Source: Escherichia coli
Lineage (GTDB): Bacteria > Pseudomonadota > Gammaproteobacteria > Enterobacterales > Enterobacteriaceae
Strand: one strand, 5' to 3'
NCBI RefSeq assembly: GCF_041248615.1
Contig: NZ_CP158426.1
DNA: 64,000 nt
In this document: positions 27,649 through 39,906 of the stretch, piece after piece
Numbering within the stretch: position 1 is the first letter of the stretch
How the letters are laid out: every line of letters begins with the position of its first letter
The notes under the pieces: generated by a model
What the model was told of the DNA's origin: nothing
The model's database searches: none
The model's input: the letters and a program-made list of their open reading frames with translations, nothing else
Translations under genes and position numbers: made by a program

Positions 27649-28830
27649 TTAGCGTTCAACGATCGCGATGCGGCGGTTATAGATATTCATCAACAGCGAG
27701 ATAGTCAGGCTGATAATCAGATAGACCGACATGGTCATGGCTATCGTCTCGATGGCTTGCCCCGTCTGGTTCAGCACGGTGCCAGCAAACAGCGAAACCA
27801 TATCCGGATAGCCAATCGCGGCGGCAAGAGAGGAGTTTTTGACGATGTTGAGATACTGGCTGGTTAACGGCGGAATAATCACTCGCAGTGCTTGGGGAAT
27901 AATGACCTGGCGTAGCGTAACCGGGTTGGGTAATCCCAGTGACCGTGCCGCTTCATGTTGACCATAAGGCACTGCCTGGATCCCAGCGCGGATAATCTCG
28001 GCGATAAATGCAGAGGTATAAACCGAAAGCGCCAGCGTTAAGGCTGCCAGTTCAGGAATTAAAACCATCCCGCCACGGAAGTTGAAGCCTCGTAGGGCTG
28101 GAACATCCCAGTGTAGTGCTGCGCCAAAAAGCCATTGCGCCAGTAAAGGCAAACCTATGATCAACATAACGGCGACCGGCCAGGTTCGGCGCAATTGTCC
28201 GGTCTTTATCTGGTACGTTTTATTAAAACGGAATAGTCCAACAGAAATGGCTATAGCAATAACAACAGTCACGATAAACGCAATAAATCCGTCTCCCAGC
28301 TGCGGTGACGGAATATAAAGCCCACGATTGCTCAAAAAGGCCAGATCAAACGCGCTCACAGCCTGGCGTGGTCCGGGTAAATTGCGCAACACGGCAAAGT
28401 ACCAGAAGAAGATTTGCAGCAGCGGCGGAATATTACGGAAGATCTCAATATAAATTGTGGAAAGCTTTCGTAGCAGCCAGTTATCCGAAAGTCGCGCCAG
28501 ACCGATAAAGAAGCCCAGAACAGAAGCGAATACAATACACAATGCAGAAACCAGTAGCGTATTGAGTAAGCCAACAATGAAAACGCGTCCGTAGGTATCA
28601 CCCTGCTGGTAATCGATCAAATGCTGGACAATACCGAAGCCAGCGCCGCGATCCAGAAAGGCAAAACCTGAAGTAATGCCACGATTACTGAGATTCGTCA
28701 CAGTGTTGTGAAATAGCCAACCAACAATGCCAACAACAGCAACAACGGCAAGGATCTGGAATAACCAGGCGCGAACCGTAGGGTTGGCAAAGGAGAGTGA
28801 GCCTTTAACGGTTGAGCGGCGATGAGACAT
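27649..28830 (-). CDS. yhdX: amino acid ABC transporter permease
   Basis: 393 aa from MSHRRSTVKG...; multi-TM permease. Confidence 0.92.
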   Translation of the reverse strand: MSHRRSTVKGSLSFANPTVRAWLFQILAVVAVVGIVGWLFHNTVTNLSNRGITSGFAFLDRGAGFGIVQHLIDYQQGDTYGRVFIVGLLNTLLVSALCIVFASVLGFFIGLARLSDNWLLRKLSTIYIEIFRNIPPLLQIFFWYFAVLRNLPGPRQAVSAFDLAFLSNRGLYIPSPQLGDGFIAFIVTVVIAIAISVGLFRFNKTYQIKTGQLRRTWPVAVMLIIGLPLLAQWLFGAALHWDVPALRGFNFRGGMVLIPELAALTLALSVYTSAFIAEIIRAGIQAVPYGQHEAARSLGLPNPVTLRQVIIPQALRVIIPPLTSQYLNIVKNSSLAAAIGYPDMVSLFAGTVLNQTGQAIETIAMTMSVYLIISLTISLLMNIYNRRIAIVER

Positions 28831-28897
28831 AGAAACCTCGGAAAGCATAACGCTGAAGAGAGCGCCGCCGTAGCGACGCTCGTTACCTCACACCGAC

Positions 28898-29923
28898 TTA
28901 ACGCACGGGCGGCGCGTACTGAATTCCGCCGTTATTCCAGAGATTATTTTGCCCACGTTTAATTTTCAGCGGGCTTTCTGAACCTACGTTACGCTCAAAA
29001 ATTTCCGAGTAGTTACCCACCTGTTTGATGATGTTGTAAGCCCATTTATTATCCAGCTTCAGATCCTTGCCGTAATCGCCCTCTTTACCCAGCAGATGTG
29101 CCATATCGGGCGTTGCTGGATTAGCCGCTTTTTCATCGACGTTTTGCGAGTTAACGCCCATCTCTTCAGCATTCAGCATGGCGAAAAGCGTCCAGCGTAC
29201 AATTGAGAACCATTCATCATCGCCACGACGAACTACCGGCCCAAGCGGTTCATTAGAGATAACTTCCGGTAAGACAATCCATTCAGCTGGGTTGCTTAAT
29301 TTGATGCGCAGGGCATACAGTTGTGATTGATCCGAGGCTAGCGTATCGCAGCGACCAGATTCCAGTGCCTTCGCTGATTCGTCAGAGCGATCGAAAGTCA
29401 CTGGTGTGTACTTCATATTGTTTGCCTTAAAGTAATCGGCAACGTTGAGTTCGGTATCAGTACCCGCCTGAATACAGACGGTAGCGCCATCCAGTTCTTT
29501 CGCGCTTTTTAGTCCCGCTTTATCGTGAGTCAGGAAGCCAATGCCGTCGTAATAAGTGACGCCGGTAAATGCCATTCCCATCCCGGCATCGCGAGATGAA
29601 GTCCAGGTCGTATTACGGGAGAGCAAATCCACCTCCCCTGACTGTAAAGCCGTGAAGCGTTCTTTTGCAGTGAGCGGGGTATATTTCACTTTCGTGTCGT
29701 CACCAAATACAGCTGCCGCAACACCACGACAAACATCTACATCAATACCTGAAAACTTACCGTCAGCATCGGCATAAGAGAACCCAGGTAATCCATCACT
29801 GATCCCGCATTGCACAAAACCTTTTTTCTGTACGGCATCAAGCGTCGCGCCAGCATGCGCCTGATTTGCAACGGCAAGCAGCACGCTGGCGGCAGCCAGT
29901 GTGGCTATCATCATCTTTTTCAT
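28898..29923 (-). CDS. yhdW: amino acid ABC transporter periplasmic binding protein
   Basis: 341 aa with N-terminal signal peptide MKKMMIATLAAASVLLAVANQAHA; solute-binding protein fold. Confidence 0.92.
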   Translation of the reverse strand: MKKMMIATLAAASVLLAVANQAHAGATLDAVQKKGFVQCGISDGLPGFSYADADGKFSGIDVDVCRGVAAAVFGDDTKVKYTPLTAKERFTALQSGEVDLLSRNTTWTSSRDAGMGMAFTGVTYYDGIGFLTHDKAGLKSAKELDGATVCIQAGTDTELNVADYFKANNMKYTPVTFDRSDESAKALESGRCDTLASDQSQLYALRIKLSNPAEWIVLPEVISNEPLGPVVRRGDDEWFSIVRWTLFAMLNAEEMGVNSQNVDEKAANPATPDMAHLLGKEGDYGKDLKLDNKWAYNIIKQVGNYSEIFERNVGSESPLKIKRGQNNLWNNGGIQYAPPVR

Positions 29924-30004
29924 AATGCTTCCTGTGAGGCGAAAATTATCGTTATAGGACGTTTGGGAAACGTCTTTTACCTGTCTGTGGCCATCCTCTT
30001 ATAA

Positions 30005-30019
30005 GCAAAAGTAGTGCCA
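30005..30019 (-). promoter_or_regulatory. candidate sigma-54 promoter for yhdWXYZ
   Basis: minus-strand reading TGGCAC-TACTT-TTGC fits the -24/-12 consensus (GG and GC correctly spaced), about 80 bp upstream of the yhdW start. Confidence 0.6.
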
Positions 30020-30108
30020 GTTTTTGCGCACGATTTCGCGTCGCAATAAGCTGAGTGTAGACAGGAAATAATAAAAACAGCGCCCCGCAATGGTGCGAAA
30101 ATGAAACA

Positions 30109-30127
30109 TGCGCCACATTTTGGCGCA
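30109..30127. promoter_or_regulatory. perfect 7-5-7 palindrome TGCGCCA-CATTT-TGGCGCA (NtrC-like enhancer candidate)
   Basis: seen directly; lies about 100 bp upstream of the candidate sigma-54 promoter; a second partial dyad cgcaatggtgcg at about 30084-30096. Confidence 0.45.
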
Positions 30128-30353
30128 AAATATTTACGCGTTTTTTACTAAGCAGAATAATGATTGTTAGCGTGAGTATAATTCTGGTGTGAAGTGTGAA
30201 AATTAAATTGATGCGTTATTTCGAAAGCAGCGAAATAATGCGATATAACATGCTAAATCAGCAGGGAATTAGCCAGCAGAATATAGCAATATTTTATCTT
30301 ATGGTGAGATACTGTATCGTTAAACAGAGCGCGGTACTCCGCGCTCTGTTCAG

Positions 30354-30575
30354 TTATTTCGACAGCGCGATGATCCCCATCGTCAGGCCAGCAACAGCTG
30401 CTGCCCCGCCAGCAATAGCCCCAGCCGTTTCCCAGTTATCCTGAGTCGTGCCTTTCATACAGGTATTAGTGTGAACCAGTCGACCCTGATCGTCATAAAC
30501 CGGAACGCAGGGCGAATCGTGAGCACAGCCCGCCAGCAATGCGGTGAGCAATGCCACAGGAATTAATCTTTTCAT
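30354..30575 (-). CDS. yhdV: small lipoprotein YhdV
   Basis: 73 aa with lipobox LLAGC and Gly/Ala-rich C-terminus; conserved position next to acrF. Confidence 0.85.
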   Translation of the reverse strand: MKRLIPVALLTALLAGCAHDSPCVPVYDDQGRLVHTNTCMKGTTQDNWETAGAIAGGAAAVAGLTMGIIALSK

Positions 30576-30794
30576 GGTGTTACCTCAGTAATAAACGCTA
30601 ACGCTTAATAAGTTAACTCTCTTATTAACGAGCTGAATGCCATTTTATCACTGGAGGTTATAAATCTTGCGGAATGAATAATGACAAATTATGTGAATTG
30701 TAAAAATAGTGAAGGGAGCGGGAACTATAGAAAGTTTTTAAAAAGTGAGTAGAGGAATATCTTATTAATTTTTATGGGTTTCACTGGAAATAAT

Positions 30795-30822
30795 AAAGGC
30801 ACCCGAAAGTGCCTTTATGTTT
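30795..30822 (-). terminator. rho-independent terminator downstream of acrF
   Basis: hairpin aaaggcacccgaaagtgccttt with T-run on the minus strand just after acrF stop. Confidence 0.7.
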
Positions 30823-30827
30823 CTGAT

Positions 30828-33800
30828 TTATCCTTTAAAGCAACGGCGGATCACCACAAAGAACACCGGCACGAAGAAGATTGCCAGCAACGTTGCAGAA
30901 ACCATCCCGCCCATTACCCCGATACCCACTGCGTTCTGCGCGCCACTGCCGGCACCGTTACTGATAGCTAGCGGTAATACGCCGAGAATAAAGGCGAGAG
31001 AGGTCATCAGGATAGGACGCAGGCGCATACGTACTGCCATCAGTGTCGCTTCCACAACACCTTTACCCTCTTTCTCCATGAGATCTTTAGCGAACTCAAC
31101 AATCAAAATAGCGTTTTTAGCCGACAAGCCAATTGTCGTTAGCAAGCCCACCATAAAGTAGACGTCATTTTTTTGATTAAAGAGTGTCGCCGCCAGTAGC
31201 ACGCCGACAATCCCTAACGGCACGACCAACATAACCGAGACAGGAATTGACCAGCTTTCATAGAGTGCAGCAAGGCACAGGAAAACAACCACAAAGGAAA
31301 TTGCTACCAGAGCGGGAGCCTGGTTTCCCGATAAGCGTTCCTGATATGACATACCCGTCCAGTCATAACCAATGCCAGCTGGTAATTGTGATGCAAGGTT
31401 TTCCATCAACGCCATGGCATCGCCGGAACTGGTTCCTGGCGCGGCTTCCCCCTGAATCTCCATTGACGGCAGACCGTTGTAGCGCTCCAGTCGCGGAGAG
31501 CCATACACCCAATGTGCAGTGGTAAAGGCCGAGAATGGCACCATTTCGCCGTTGGCGCTGCGGACATAAAGTTTATCGACATCTTCTGGCAGCATACGGA
31601 ATTTGGCATCCGCCTGAACATACACCTTTTTCACGCGACCACGGTCAATGAAGTCGTTAACGTAAGTCCCACCCAACGCCGTTGAAATGGTCTGATTGAT
31701 GTCAGAAAGTGAAACACCTAATGCCTGCGCCTTTTCCTGGTCAACTTCCAGTTTAAACTGCGCGGTGTCTTCCAGACCATTAGGACGCACGCTGACTAAG
31801 CTGGCAGGATGTTGCGCCGCCATGCCAAGCAACTGGTTACGGGCCTGGGTCAGGGCATCATGACCCAGCCCAGCCTGATCAATTAACTCAAAGTCGAAAC
31901 CCGTTGCCGTGCCCAGTTCAACAATGGCTGGCATATTGAATGGAATGACAAAACCGTCGCGGATCTTGCCCAATTCCATTTTGGCACGATGGATTACCGC
32001 TTCCGCACTGTTTTCGTCACCACTACGCTCTTCCCACGGTTTCAGACTGACGAAAGCCATACCGGCGTTTTGTGCCTGGCCGCTGAAGCTAAAGCCGTTA
32101 ACCGTAAAGACACTTTCTACGTTCGCTTTCTCGTTCTTCAGATAGTAATCCGTCACTTGATCCAACACTTTTTGCGTTCGCTCTTGCGTCGCGCCAGCGG
32201 GTAACTGAATCATAGTCAGAAAGACACCCTGATCCTCTTCAGGTAAGAAGGAAGACGGAAGACGTAAAAACAACACCACCATTCCAGCAACAATTAGTGC
32301 ATAGATCAGTAAATATCGTCCTGTGGAACCGAGGATTTTGCCGACGCTGTTGGTGTAGTGGTTAACGCTATGATCGAAGGTGGTATTAAACCAGCCGAAG
32401 AAACCGCCCTTATTTTCGTGATGCTCAGCAGAGACGGGTTTGAGCAGTGTTGCACATAACGCTGGGGTAAGAATCAATGCCACCAGAACAGAAAGCGCCA
32501 TTGCCGAAACGATGGTGATAGAGAACTGGCGGTAAATTGCCCCAGTAGAACCGCCGAAGAATGCCATCGGAATAAATACCGCTGACAGCACCATCGCGAT
32601 ACCCACCAGTGCGCCCTGAATTTGCGACATCGATTTTTCCGTCGCTTCTTTTGGCGGGAGCTTATCCTCCATCATCACGCGCTCGACGTTCTCCACCACC
32701 ACTATCGCATCATCGACGAGCAGCCCGATGGCAAGCACCATCCCGAACATCGTTAGTGTATTGATGGAGTAACCAAAAGCGGCGAGGATGGCAAACGTCC
32801 CTAACAACACCACGGGTACCGCAATGGTGGGGATCAGCGTTGCTCGCATATTCTGCAAGAACAGATACATCACCAGGAACACCAGCATAATGGCTTCGAA
32901 CAGCGTTTTTACCACTTCGTGAATAGAAAGCTGGACGAATGGTGTGGTGTCATAAGGGTAGAGAACCTTCATTCCCTGCGGGAAGAATGGCTGTAATTCC
33001 GCCAGTTTTGCCTTAATGGCTTTCGCGGTATCGAGAGCATTCGCGCCGGTTGCCAGCTTAATCCCCAGGCCCGCCGCCGGTTTACCGTTGATGCGAGCGA
33101 TAACGTTATAGTTTTCACCGCCAAGTTCAACCCGTGCGACATCTTTCAGGCGTACCACCGAGCCGTCACTGTTTACGCGCAAGGTCACTTTGCCGAATTC
33201 TTCCGGATTTTTTAACCGCGTCTGAGCAATAATCGAGGCGTTCAACTGTTGCCCTGGTAACGCTGGCGTTCCGCCCAACTGTCCGGCAGCGATCTGATCG
33301 TTCTGTACCTTCAACTGGTTAATCACATCAACCGGCGTCAGTTTATATTTGTTTAGCAGATCGGCGTCCAACCAGATACGCATCGCATACTGTGCGCCGA
33401 AAAGCTGTACGTCACCGACGCCATTCAGACGGCTAAGCGTATCTTTAACGTTAGAGGCCACATAGTCCGAGATATCGTCCTGTGTGGTGTCTGGGTTATC
33501 AGAGACAAAGCCCGCCACCATCAAATAGCTGCTACTGGACTTTTCAACACTGATCCCCTGCTGCTGTACTTCCTGCGGCAGCAACGGCGTGGCGAGCTGG
33601 AGTTTGTTCTGCACCTGCACTTGCGCGATATCTGGATCGGTCCCGGACTGGAAGGTAAGGGTAATTGTCACGCTACCGGCGGAATCGCTGGTGGAGGACA
33701 TATACATCAGGTTATCGATACCATTCATATTCTGTTCGATAACCTGCGTCACCGTATCCTGCACAGTCTGCGCATCAGCGCCCGGATAGTTTGCCGAAAC

Positions 33801-33932
33801 AGAAACTGCAGGCGGCGCAATGGTTGGGTATTGGGCGACGGGCAATTGTAGGATCGCCAGTACACCCGCCATCATCAGAATAATGGCCAGCACCCATGCA
33901 AATATCGGTCGTCGAATAAAAAAGTTTGCCAT
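30828..33932 (-). CDS. acrF: RND multidrug efflux pump inner-membrane transporter
   Basis: 1034 aa, [28 protein letters not shown]... AcrB/AcrF family; paired with acrE and acrS. Confidence 0.95.
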   Translation of the reverse strand: MANFFIRRPIFAWVLAIILMMAGVLAILQLPVAQYPTIAPPAVSVSANYPGADAQTVQDTVTQVIEQNMNGIDNLMYMSSTSDSAGSVTITLTFQSGTDPDIAQVQVQNKLQLATPLLPQEVQQQGISVEKSSSSYLMVAGFVSDNPDTTQDDISDYVASNVKDTLSRLNGVGDVQLFGAQYAMRIWLDADLLNKYKLTPVDVINQLKVQNDQIAAGQLGGTPALPGQQLNASIIAQTRLKNPEEFGKVTLRVNSDGSVVRLKDVARVELGGENYNVIARINGKPAAGLGIKLATGANALDTAKAIKAKLAELQPFFPQGMKVLYPYDTTPFVQLSIHEVVKTLFEAIMLVFLVMYLFLQNMRATLIPTIAVPVVLLGTFAILAAFGYSINTLTMFGMVLAIGLLVDDAIVVVENVERVMMEDKLPPKEATEKSMSQIQGALVGIAMVLSAVFIPMAFFGGSTGAIYRQFSITIVSAMALSVLVALILTPALCATLLKPVSAEHHENKGGFFGWFNTTFDHSVNHYTNSVGKILGSTGRYLLIYALIVAGMVVLFLRLPSSFLPEEDQGVFLTMIQLPAGATQERTQKVLDQVTDYYLKNEKANVESVFTVNGFSFSGQAQNAGMAFVSLKPWEERSGDENSAEAVIHRAKMELGKIRDGFVIPFNMPAIVELGTATGFDFELIDQAGLGHDALTQARNQLLGMAAQHPASLVSVRPNGLEDTAQFKLEVDQEKAQALGVSLSDINQTISTALGGTYVNDFIDRGRVKKVYVQADAKFRMLPEDVDKLYVRSANGEMVPFSAFTTAHWVYGSPRLERYNGLPSMEIQGEAAPGTSSGDAMALMENLASQLPAGIGYDWTGMSYQERLSGNQAPALVAISFVVVFLCLAALYESWSIPVSVMLVVPLGIVGVLLAATLFNQKNDVYFMVGLLTTIGLSAKNAILIVEFAKDLMEKEGKGVVEATLMAVRMRLRPILMTSLAFILGVLPLAISNGAGSGAQNAVGIGVMGGMVSATLLAIFFVPVFFVVIRRCFKG

Positions 33933-33943
33933 GTCAGATTGCC

Positions 33944-35101
33944 TTACTTCGATGCAGAATCTGCGGGGGTATCGGTAGTGGCTTTAACCTGCTCTCCCGG
34001 ACGCGCTTTTTGCAGGCCGCTGACAATGACTTGATCGCCAGATTTCAGCCCTTCGCTAATCGACCATTTATCGCCAATCGCCTGGCTGGCAACGACAGGG
34101 CGCGCTTCAACCTGACTTTTATCGTTAACAATCAGCACGGTTGCATCACCACGCGGTGTGCGGCTAACGCCTTGTTGCGGGATAAGAATGGCATCAGATT
34201 GGATGCCTTCATCAATCCGTGCGCGCACAAACATACCAGGTAAAAGCGTATGTTGCGGGTTAGGGAAGACGGCACGTAGGGTTATGGAGCCGGTGCTTTC
34301 ATCAACGGTAACATCGGAGAATTGCAGCGTACCTTTCAGGGGATAGGTTTGACCGTTCTCCATGACCAACTCTACGTTGCTGGTGGCGTTCTCCTTATGC
34401 AAATTTCCTTGCTCTACGGATTGCTTCAGCCTCATAAAATCGTTGCTGGATTGGGTCACATCAACGTAGATAGGATCGAGCTGCTGGACAGTCGCCAGTT
34501 CGGTCGTTTGCCCATTAGTGACAAGAGCGCCTTCGGTTACAGTCGATTTGCCGATACGTCCACTAATTGGCGCAGTCACTTTGGTATAAGCGAGATTGAT
34601 GCGAGCGCTTTCGACCGTGGCTTTTGCGGCAATCACGGCGGCATCGGCCTGGCGAGCATCAGCAATGGCCTGGTCGTACTCCTGCTGACTGATGTATTTC
34701 GTACCCACGAGCGGAACGTAACGTTTTACCGTCAAATGCGCGATGGCGGCGGCGGCTTCACTTTTCGCCAGTTCGCCTTTCGCGCTGTCATAACTTGCCT
34801 GATAGGTCGCGGGATCGATCTGGTACAGAGACTGGCCTGCTTGCACATCGCTGCCTTCAGTGAAATTACGACTCAGTACGATCCCGCTAACCTGTGGGCG
34901 AACTTCGGCTATACGGTAAGCATTGGTGCGGCCTGGTAATTCAGTCTTAACTTCTAACGGGGCCGTTTTCACAATATGAACGGTAACCTGCGGTTCACCG
35001 ACGTGAGCTTTCTCTTCTCCCTTATCGTTACAACCGGCGATTAAAGCCGCGGAGATCAGAATAAAAGAGGGCAGGAGGAAAAACCTGGCATGTTTCGTCA
35101 T
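33944..35101 (-). CDS. acrE: RND efflux membrane fusion (periplasmic adaptor) lipoprotein
   Basis: 385 aa with lipoprotein signal ...SAALIAGC; AcrA-family. Confidence 0.95.
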   Translation of the reverse strand: MTKHARFFLLPSFILISAALIAGCNDKGEEKAHVGEPQVTVHIVKTAPLEVKTELPGRTNAYRIAEVRPQVSGIVLSRNFTEGSDVQAGQSLYQIDPATYQASYDSAKGELAKSEAAAAIAHLTVKRYVPLVGTKYISQQEYDQAIADARQADAAVIAAKATVESARINLAYTKVTAPISGRIGKSTVTEGALVTNGQTTELATVQQLDPIYVDVTQSSNDFMRLKQSVEQGNLHKENATSNVELVMENGQTYPLKGTLQFSDVTVDESTGSITLRAVFPNPQHTLLPGMFVRARIDEGIQSDAILIPQQGVSRTPRGDATVLIVNDKSQVEARPVVASQAIGDKWSISEGLKSGDQVIVSGLQKARPGEQVKATTDTPADSASK

Positions 35102-35499
35102 TACTATTCCTCAAAAAACCAAAAGCGCGTTATTTACCCAAAAAGGCAACGCGTTAACTCGCAGAAAGAAAAATACAGTTCGCTATCCTACAAATTATCA
35201 TTCGTCGATGTAAGGAATAGTTATGAATACTGGCGTCTCAAGGCACATAAACACAAAAAAAGATTAATGTTCTACTGTTTTATTTTGACGCGGGTTGAAA
35301 GAGGTAGAATCAAATCCTCGTAAATTGAAATATATATTTATAGAGTGAATGTATTTTAAGTAAATAATAAGTGTTATTTATTTGACGATTTATAGCAACT
35401 CAATATTAGCCTCTCGTATAAATACACATTAGGTGATAGATTAACCTTCGCTATTTTCTCATCCTGTGTCGAATATATTTATTTCCTGAATAATTAATC

Positions 35500-36162
35500 A
35501 TGGCAAAAAGAACCAAAGCTGAAGCCCTGAAGACCCGGCAAGAACTGATTGAAACTGCCATCGCCCAGTTTGCGCAGCATGGCGTAAGCAAGACGACGCT
35601 CAACGACATTGCCGACGCCGCTAACGTTACGCGTGGCGCTATCTACTGGCACTTCGAGAACAAGACCCAACTGTTTAATGAGATGTGGTTGCAACAGCCT
35701 TCATTGCGGGAGTTAATCCAGGAACACTTGACTGCTGGGTTAGAACATGACCCGTTTCAGCAATTGCGAGAAAAATTGATTGTTGGCTTGCAATATATTG
35801 CCAAAATTCCCCGCCAGCAGGCGTTGCTGAAAATCTTATATCACAAATGTGAATTTAATGATGAGATGCTGACAGAGGGAGTGATACGCGAAAAGATGGG
35901 CTTTAATCCGCAGACTCTCCGCGAAGTATTGCAGGCATGTCAGCAACAAGGTTGTATAGCAAATAATCTCGATTTAGATGTTGTGATGATTATTATTGAT
36001 GGTGCCTTCAGCGGAATTGTTCAAAACTGGTTAATGAATATGGCGGGTTATGATCTTTATAAACAAGCACCCGCACTGGTCGATAACGTATTAAGAATGT
36101 TCATGCCAGATGAAAACATAACGAAATTAATTCATAAAACGAATGAATTAAGTGTCATATAA
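35500..36162 (+). CDS. acrS: TetR-family repressor of acrEF
   Basis: 220 aa, N-terminal TetR HTH (VSKTTLNDIADAANVTRGAIYWHFENK); divergent from acrE. Confidence 0.93.
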   Translation: MAKRTKAEALKTRQELIETAIAQFAQHGVSKTTLNDIADAANVTRGAIYWHFENKTQLFNEMWLQQPSLRELIQEHLTAGLEHDPFQQLREKLIVGLQYIAKIPRQQALLKILYHKCEFNDEMLTEGVIREKMGFNPQTLREVLQACQQQGCIANNLDLDVVMIIIDGAFSGIVQNWLMNMAGYDLYKQAPALVDNVLRMFMPDENITKLIHKTNELSVI

Positions 36163-36164
36163 AT

Positions 36165-36344
36165 TCACATTCTGTCCTGAAAATTCAGTTCGTCACAGTT
36201 AACCAGTTTTAGTGGATTAACTGAGTTCATATTGCGGCATTTGTCTGTTTCTGTTGCGAGCAGTTCAATCCACTGCATCAGTAAAGTATCAAACAGAAAA
36301 ACGAAGACAGTGAAAACGACGAGCCACCAATACTTGCGAATCAT
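36165..36344 (-). CDS. yhdU: small membrane protein YhdU
   Basis: ORF 36165..36371; internal Met gives 59 aa with one hydrophobic helix (MIRKYWWLVVFTVFVFLF...); position matches yhdU. Confidence 0.65.
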   Translation of the reverse strand: MIRKYWWLVVFTVFVFLFDTLLMQWIELLATETDKCRNMNSVNPLKLVNCDELNFQDRM

Positions 36345-36427
36345 TACCTGAGCCTGTGCATGTTTAACCAAGTCTGGCAGGAAATATACACGAAATGAAT
36401 AATCTGAAAACCAGGCTTACACTTCCT

Positions 36428-37312
36428 TTACTTTGCAATGAGATCGGGGTCAACTTCGCTTAACCTGCTTCGTTTTGACAGGTTGCCGGTCTTTCTTTTT
36501 TTCACTTTCGCCAGTTCTTCCGCAGAGTAATGCGACGCGACATCCAGCCGTCGAAGCCCCATTTTGATGTACTCGCTGTTGATCTCAATACCAATGAATT
36601 TTCGCCCACTGGCGACGGCTACGGCACCGGTAGTAAAGCTACCAGCAAACGGGTCGAGAACGATATCGCCTGGGTTGGAAGAGGCGAGAATAATGCGTTT
36701 CAGTAAGGCTTCCGGTTTTTGCGTCGGGTGGTTTTCATATTCATCCATCAAATAACGCACGCGCGGAAAATCCCAGACGTTACCCGGTACTTTTTGATGA
36801 TTGTAAGGCTGTGGAGGGTTTTTGCGATAATCGATCAACGCGCGCTGCGATCCGGTTTTGGCTTCTACCAGAATAGCATCACCGTTGAATGTGTAGTTCT
36901 TTGCGTCTTTCACCATCATCAGGATGGGTTCGTACATGGAGCCGTAGTGTTTTTTCGCCTGCACTCCAGAACTGTCATATGACCAGACGATGCGACTTTT
37001 GATGGTAAAAAGCTTGCGGCACTGGAGATCGATAAAGGGCATGTTTTCCGTGCTATTCATGATGTACATGCTGCCCTGCTTTTTCAGAACGCGATGGCAC
37101 TCTGCAATCACTTCAAACAGCCAGTCGATAAACAGATCTTCTTTCCAGGCTTCGATCAGACCATCAAAATTTTTACCGATGTTATACGGTGGGTCGGCAA
37201 AGATCAGATCGACACTTTCGGCGGGGATCTTTTTAAGTTCGGTTAATGCATCACCCTGGATGATGGTCTTTGCTTCATTACCAAATCGGGTCGGTTCACA
37301 TCCTGTTCTCAT
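36428..37312 (-). CDS. yhdJ: DNA adenine (N6) methyltransferase
   Basis: 294 aa from MRTGCEPTRF...; DPPY motif (IFADPPYNIG) typical of N6-adenine MTases. Confidence 0.93.
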   Translation of the reverse strand: MRTGCEPTRFGNEAKTIIQGDALTELKKIPAESVDLIFADPPYNIGKNFDGLIEAWKEDLFIDWLFEVIAECHRVLKKQGSMYIMNSTENMPFIDLQCRKLFTIKSRIVWSYDSSGVQAKKHYGSMYEPILMMVKDAKNYTFNGDAILVEAKTGSQRALIDYRKNPPQPYNHQKVPGNVWDFPRVRYLMDEYENHPTQKPEALLKRIILASSNPGDIVLDPFAGSFTTGAVAVASGRKFIGIEINSEYIKMGLRRLDVASHYSAEELAKVKKRKTGNLSKRSRLSEVDPDLIAK

Positions 37313-37335
37313 GGTCACTCCCTTTGTGACACCTA

Positions 37336-37373
37336 TAAAAAAGGCGCTTCCCCATGCCGAGTAGCGCCTTTTT
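37336..37373 (-). terminator. rho-independent terminator of dusB-fis operon
   Basis: hairpin aggcgctactcggcatggggaagcgcct flanked by A/T runs directly downstream of fis stop. Confidence 0.8.
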
Positions 37374-37397
37374 AATCAAGCATTTAGCTAACCTGAA

Positions 37398-37694
37398 TTA
37401 GTTCATGCCGTATTTTTTCAATTTTTTACGCAGCGTACCACGGTTGATGCCCATCATCAGCGCAGCACGGGTCTGGTTACCACGGGTGTATTGCATCACC
37501 ATGTCCAACAGGGGCTGTTCTACTTCAGCCAGTACCAGCTCATAGAGGTCATTCACATCCTGACCGTTCAGTTGAGCAAAATAGTTCTTCAGTGCCTGTT
37601 TAACCGAGTCACGCAGGGGTTTTTGGGTTACCTGATCCTGAGAGTTAACGGTAGAAACGGTCAGTACGTCAGAATTTACGCGTTGTTCGAACAT
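37398..37694 (-). CDS. fis: nucleoid-associated DNA-binding protein Fis
   Basis: 98 aa, [42 protein letters not shown]...[27 protein letters not shown]. Confidence 0.98.
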
Positions 37695-37719
37695 AGTTCT
37701 GTCAGCTCTTTATTTCTGT

Positions 37720-38685
37720 TTACGCAAAATTTTCGAAGTATGCCTCCAACGCCTCCAGCTGTTCGCTGGCATCCTCAATGGCGTTGAATGTGCGCCGAAA
37801 CTGGTCATTTGGAGCGTGTTCCTGGAGATACCAGGAAACGTGTTTACGTGCAATTCGGTACCCTTTTGCCGGACCATAAAAGTCATGCAGTTCCCGAACG
37901 TGCGCGCAAAGCAAGCGCTTAACCTCTGCCAAAGGCAGCGGGGGCAGCAACTCCCCAGTGTCCAGATAATGCTGGATTTCCCGAAAGATCCAGGGTCTTC
38001 CCTGAGCTGCGCGGCCTATCATCAGGGCATCCGCCCCTGTATAGTCGAGCACAGCTCTGGCTTTAAGCGGGTCAGTAATGTCACCATTCGCGATAACCGG
38101 AATGGAAACTTTCTGCTTAACTGCCCGAATACTGTCGTACTCAGCTTCTCCATTGAACAAACAGGCGCGTGTACGGCCATGAATGGTCAGAGCCTGAATG
38201 CCACAGTCTTCAGCCAGTTGGGCAATCTCTTCGCAGTTACGGTGTTCCGGTGCCCAGCCAGTGCGAATTTTTAGGGTAACAGGAACGTCCACTGCATTGA
38301 CGACCTCGGTAAGGATCGATTTAACGACATCCGGGTACTGCAAGAGGGCTGAACCTGCGAGCTTGCGATTCACTTTTTTAGCCGGGCAACCCATATTGAT
38401 ATCAATAATCTGGGCACCGCTTTCCACGTTAATACGTGCTGCATCTGCCATTTCTTTCGGATCGCTACCAGCAATTTGCACGGTGCGAATACCGGGTTCA
38501 TCAATGTGCACCATCCGTAAACGAGATTTGTCGCTTTCCCAAACCTGAGGGTTAGAAGACATCATCTCGGATACTGTCAATCCGGCTCCCATCTCGTAGC
38601 ACAACGTCCGAAAAGGTCTGTCTGTAATGCCAGCCATGGGCGCTGCGATCAGGCGATTTCTGAGCTGATATTGTCCGATGCGCAT
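37720..38685 (-). CDS. dusB: tRNA-dihydrouridine synthase B
   Basis: 321 aa, TIM-barrel Dus family ([26 protein letters not shown]...), upstream of fis. Confidence 0.96.
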   Translation of the reverse strand: MRIGQYQLRNRLIAAPMAGITDRPFRTLCYEMGAGLTVSEMMSSNPQVWESDKSRLRMVHIDEPGIRTVQIAGSDPKEMADAARINVESGAQIIDINMGCPAKKVNRKLAGSALLQYPDVVKSILTEVVNAVDVPVTLKIRTGWAPEHRNCEEIAQLAEDCGIQALTIHGRTRACLFNGEAEYDSIRAVKQKVSIPVIANGDITDPLKARAVLDYTGADALMIGRAAQGRPWIFREIQHYLDTGELLPPLPLAEVKRLLCAHVRELHDFYGPAKGYRIARKHVSWYLQEHAPNDQFRRTFNAIEDASEQLEALEAYFENFA

Positions 38686-39013
38686 GAGTTAAGAAATGAC
38701 CATACTGTGACTGCAAGGCGGCGTATATTACGCATTTTTTGCACGAGATGAAAGGCCAAACTTTGACCAATCCTCTGAGATGGATCAAAGAATTGCATTT
38801 AAAATGAGCGTGGCGCGATAATTACTCATTAAAATCATCATATTAGAAAATGTTGACTAAAATTTACACTCAAAGAAATTTGAGTAAGTTCTCAATTTTT
38901 CTTTATGAATGAAAATTTTGGCACGCAAATTTGCGTAAATAATCGGCAAATTAACGTGCCTTTTGTGACATCGCTCGCACTTCGCTCTGCGTCGCCATAC
39001 GGCGATGCGAAGG

Positions 39014-39895
39014 TTAATTCTTACGACCGGTAATGCGGCACCACTCTTCTTTTTCCACGACCGGGTCCAGAGCGAAGCTGTCGGCATAAGCTTCGCAAAC
39101 GCTCTCTGCCTGGCTTGCCAGAATACCGGAAAGGCCCAGCAAACCGCCTGAAACTGGCAGGACGCTGATTAACGGTGCCAGTTCACGTAATGGGCCTGCA
39201 AGGATGTTAGCGACCACCACGTCGGCTTTCATTTCTTCTGGCTGATCTTTCGGTAAGTAGAGTTCCAGACGATCAGAAACGCCATTACGTTCGGCGTTAT
39301 CGCGGCTGGCCTGGATCGCCTGCGGATCGATATCAATACCAATGGCTTTTGCTGCACCCAGTTTCAGCGCCGCGATAGCCAGAATGCCGGAACCACAGCC
39401 AAAGTCGATGACTGTTTTATCGGTTAAATCGAGGCTGTCGAGCCATTGCAGGCACAGAGAGGTAGTTGGATGGGTACCAGTACCAAACGCCAGCCCTGGG
39501 TCTAACATCACGTTGACGGCGTTTTCGTCCGGCACATCACGCCAGCTTGGGCAGATCCACAGCCGTTCACCAAAGCGCATCGGGTGGAAATTATCCATCC
39601 ATTCGCGCTCCCAGTCTTTATCTTCCAGTTGTTCGATTTTATGCGCGAAGCCTGCGCCGAGCAGCGGATGGTTTTCCAGAATCGCCACCACGTCGTTCAT
39701 ATCGGTTTCAGCGTCGAACAGACCAATCACATCGGTGTCGCCCCACAGGCGCGTTTCGCCCGGCAGCGGCTCAAACACAGGCGTATCGTGGGTATCCTGA
39801 AAAGTGATAGAAACGGCACCCGCTTCCATCAGCGCATCGCTAAGATCTTCCGCGTTCGCGCCGGTGGTGTTCAGTTTCAGTTGGATCCAAGGCAT
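39014..39895 (-). CDS. prmA: ribosomal protein L11 methyltransferase
   Basis: 293 aa, SAM-binding [18 protein letters not shown]. Confidence 0.96.
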   Translation of the reverse strand: MPWIQLKLNTTGANAEDLSDALMEAGAVSITFQDTHDTPVFEPLPGETRLWGDTDVIGLFDAETDMNDVVAILENHPLLGAGFAHKIEQLEDKDWEREWMDNFHPMRFGERLWICPSWRDVPDENAVNVMLDPGLAFGTGTHPTTSLCLQWLDSLDLTDKTVIDFGCGSGILAIAALKLGAAKAIGIDIDPQAIQASRDNAERNGVSDRLELYLPKDQPEEMKADVVVANILAGPLRELAPLISVLPVSGGLLGLSGILASQAESVCEAYADSFALDPVVEKEEWCRITGRKN

Positions 39896-39906
39896 GGCAA
39901 AACTCT

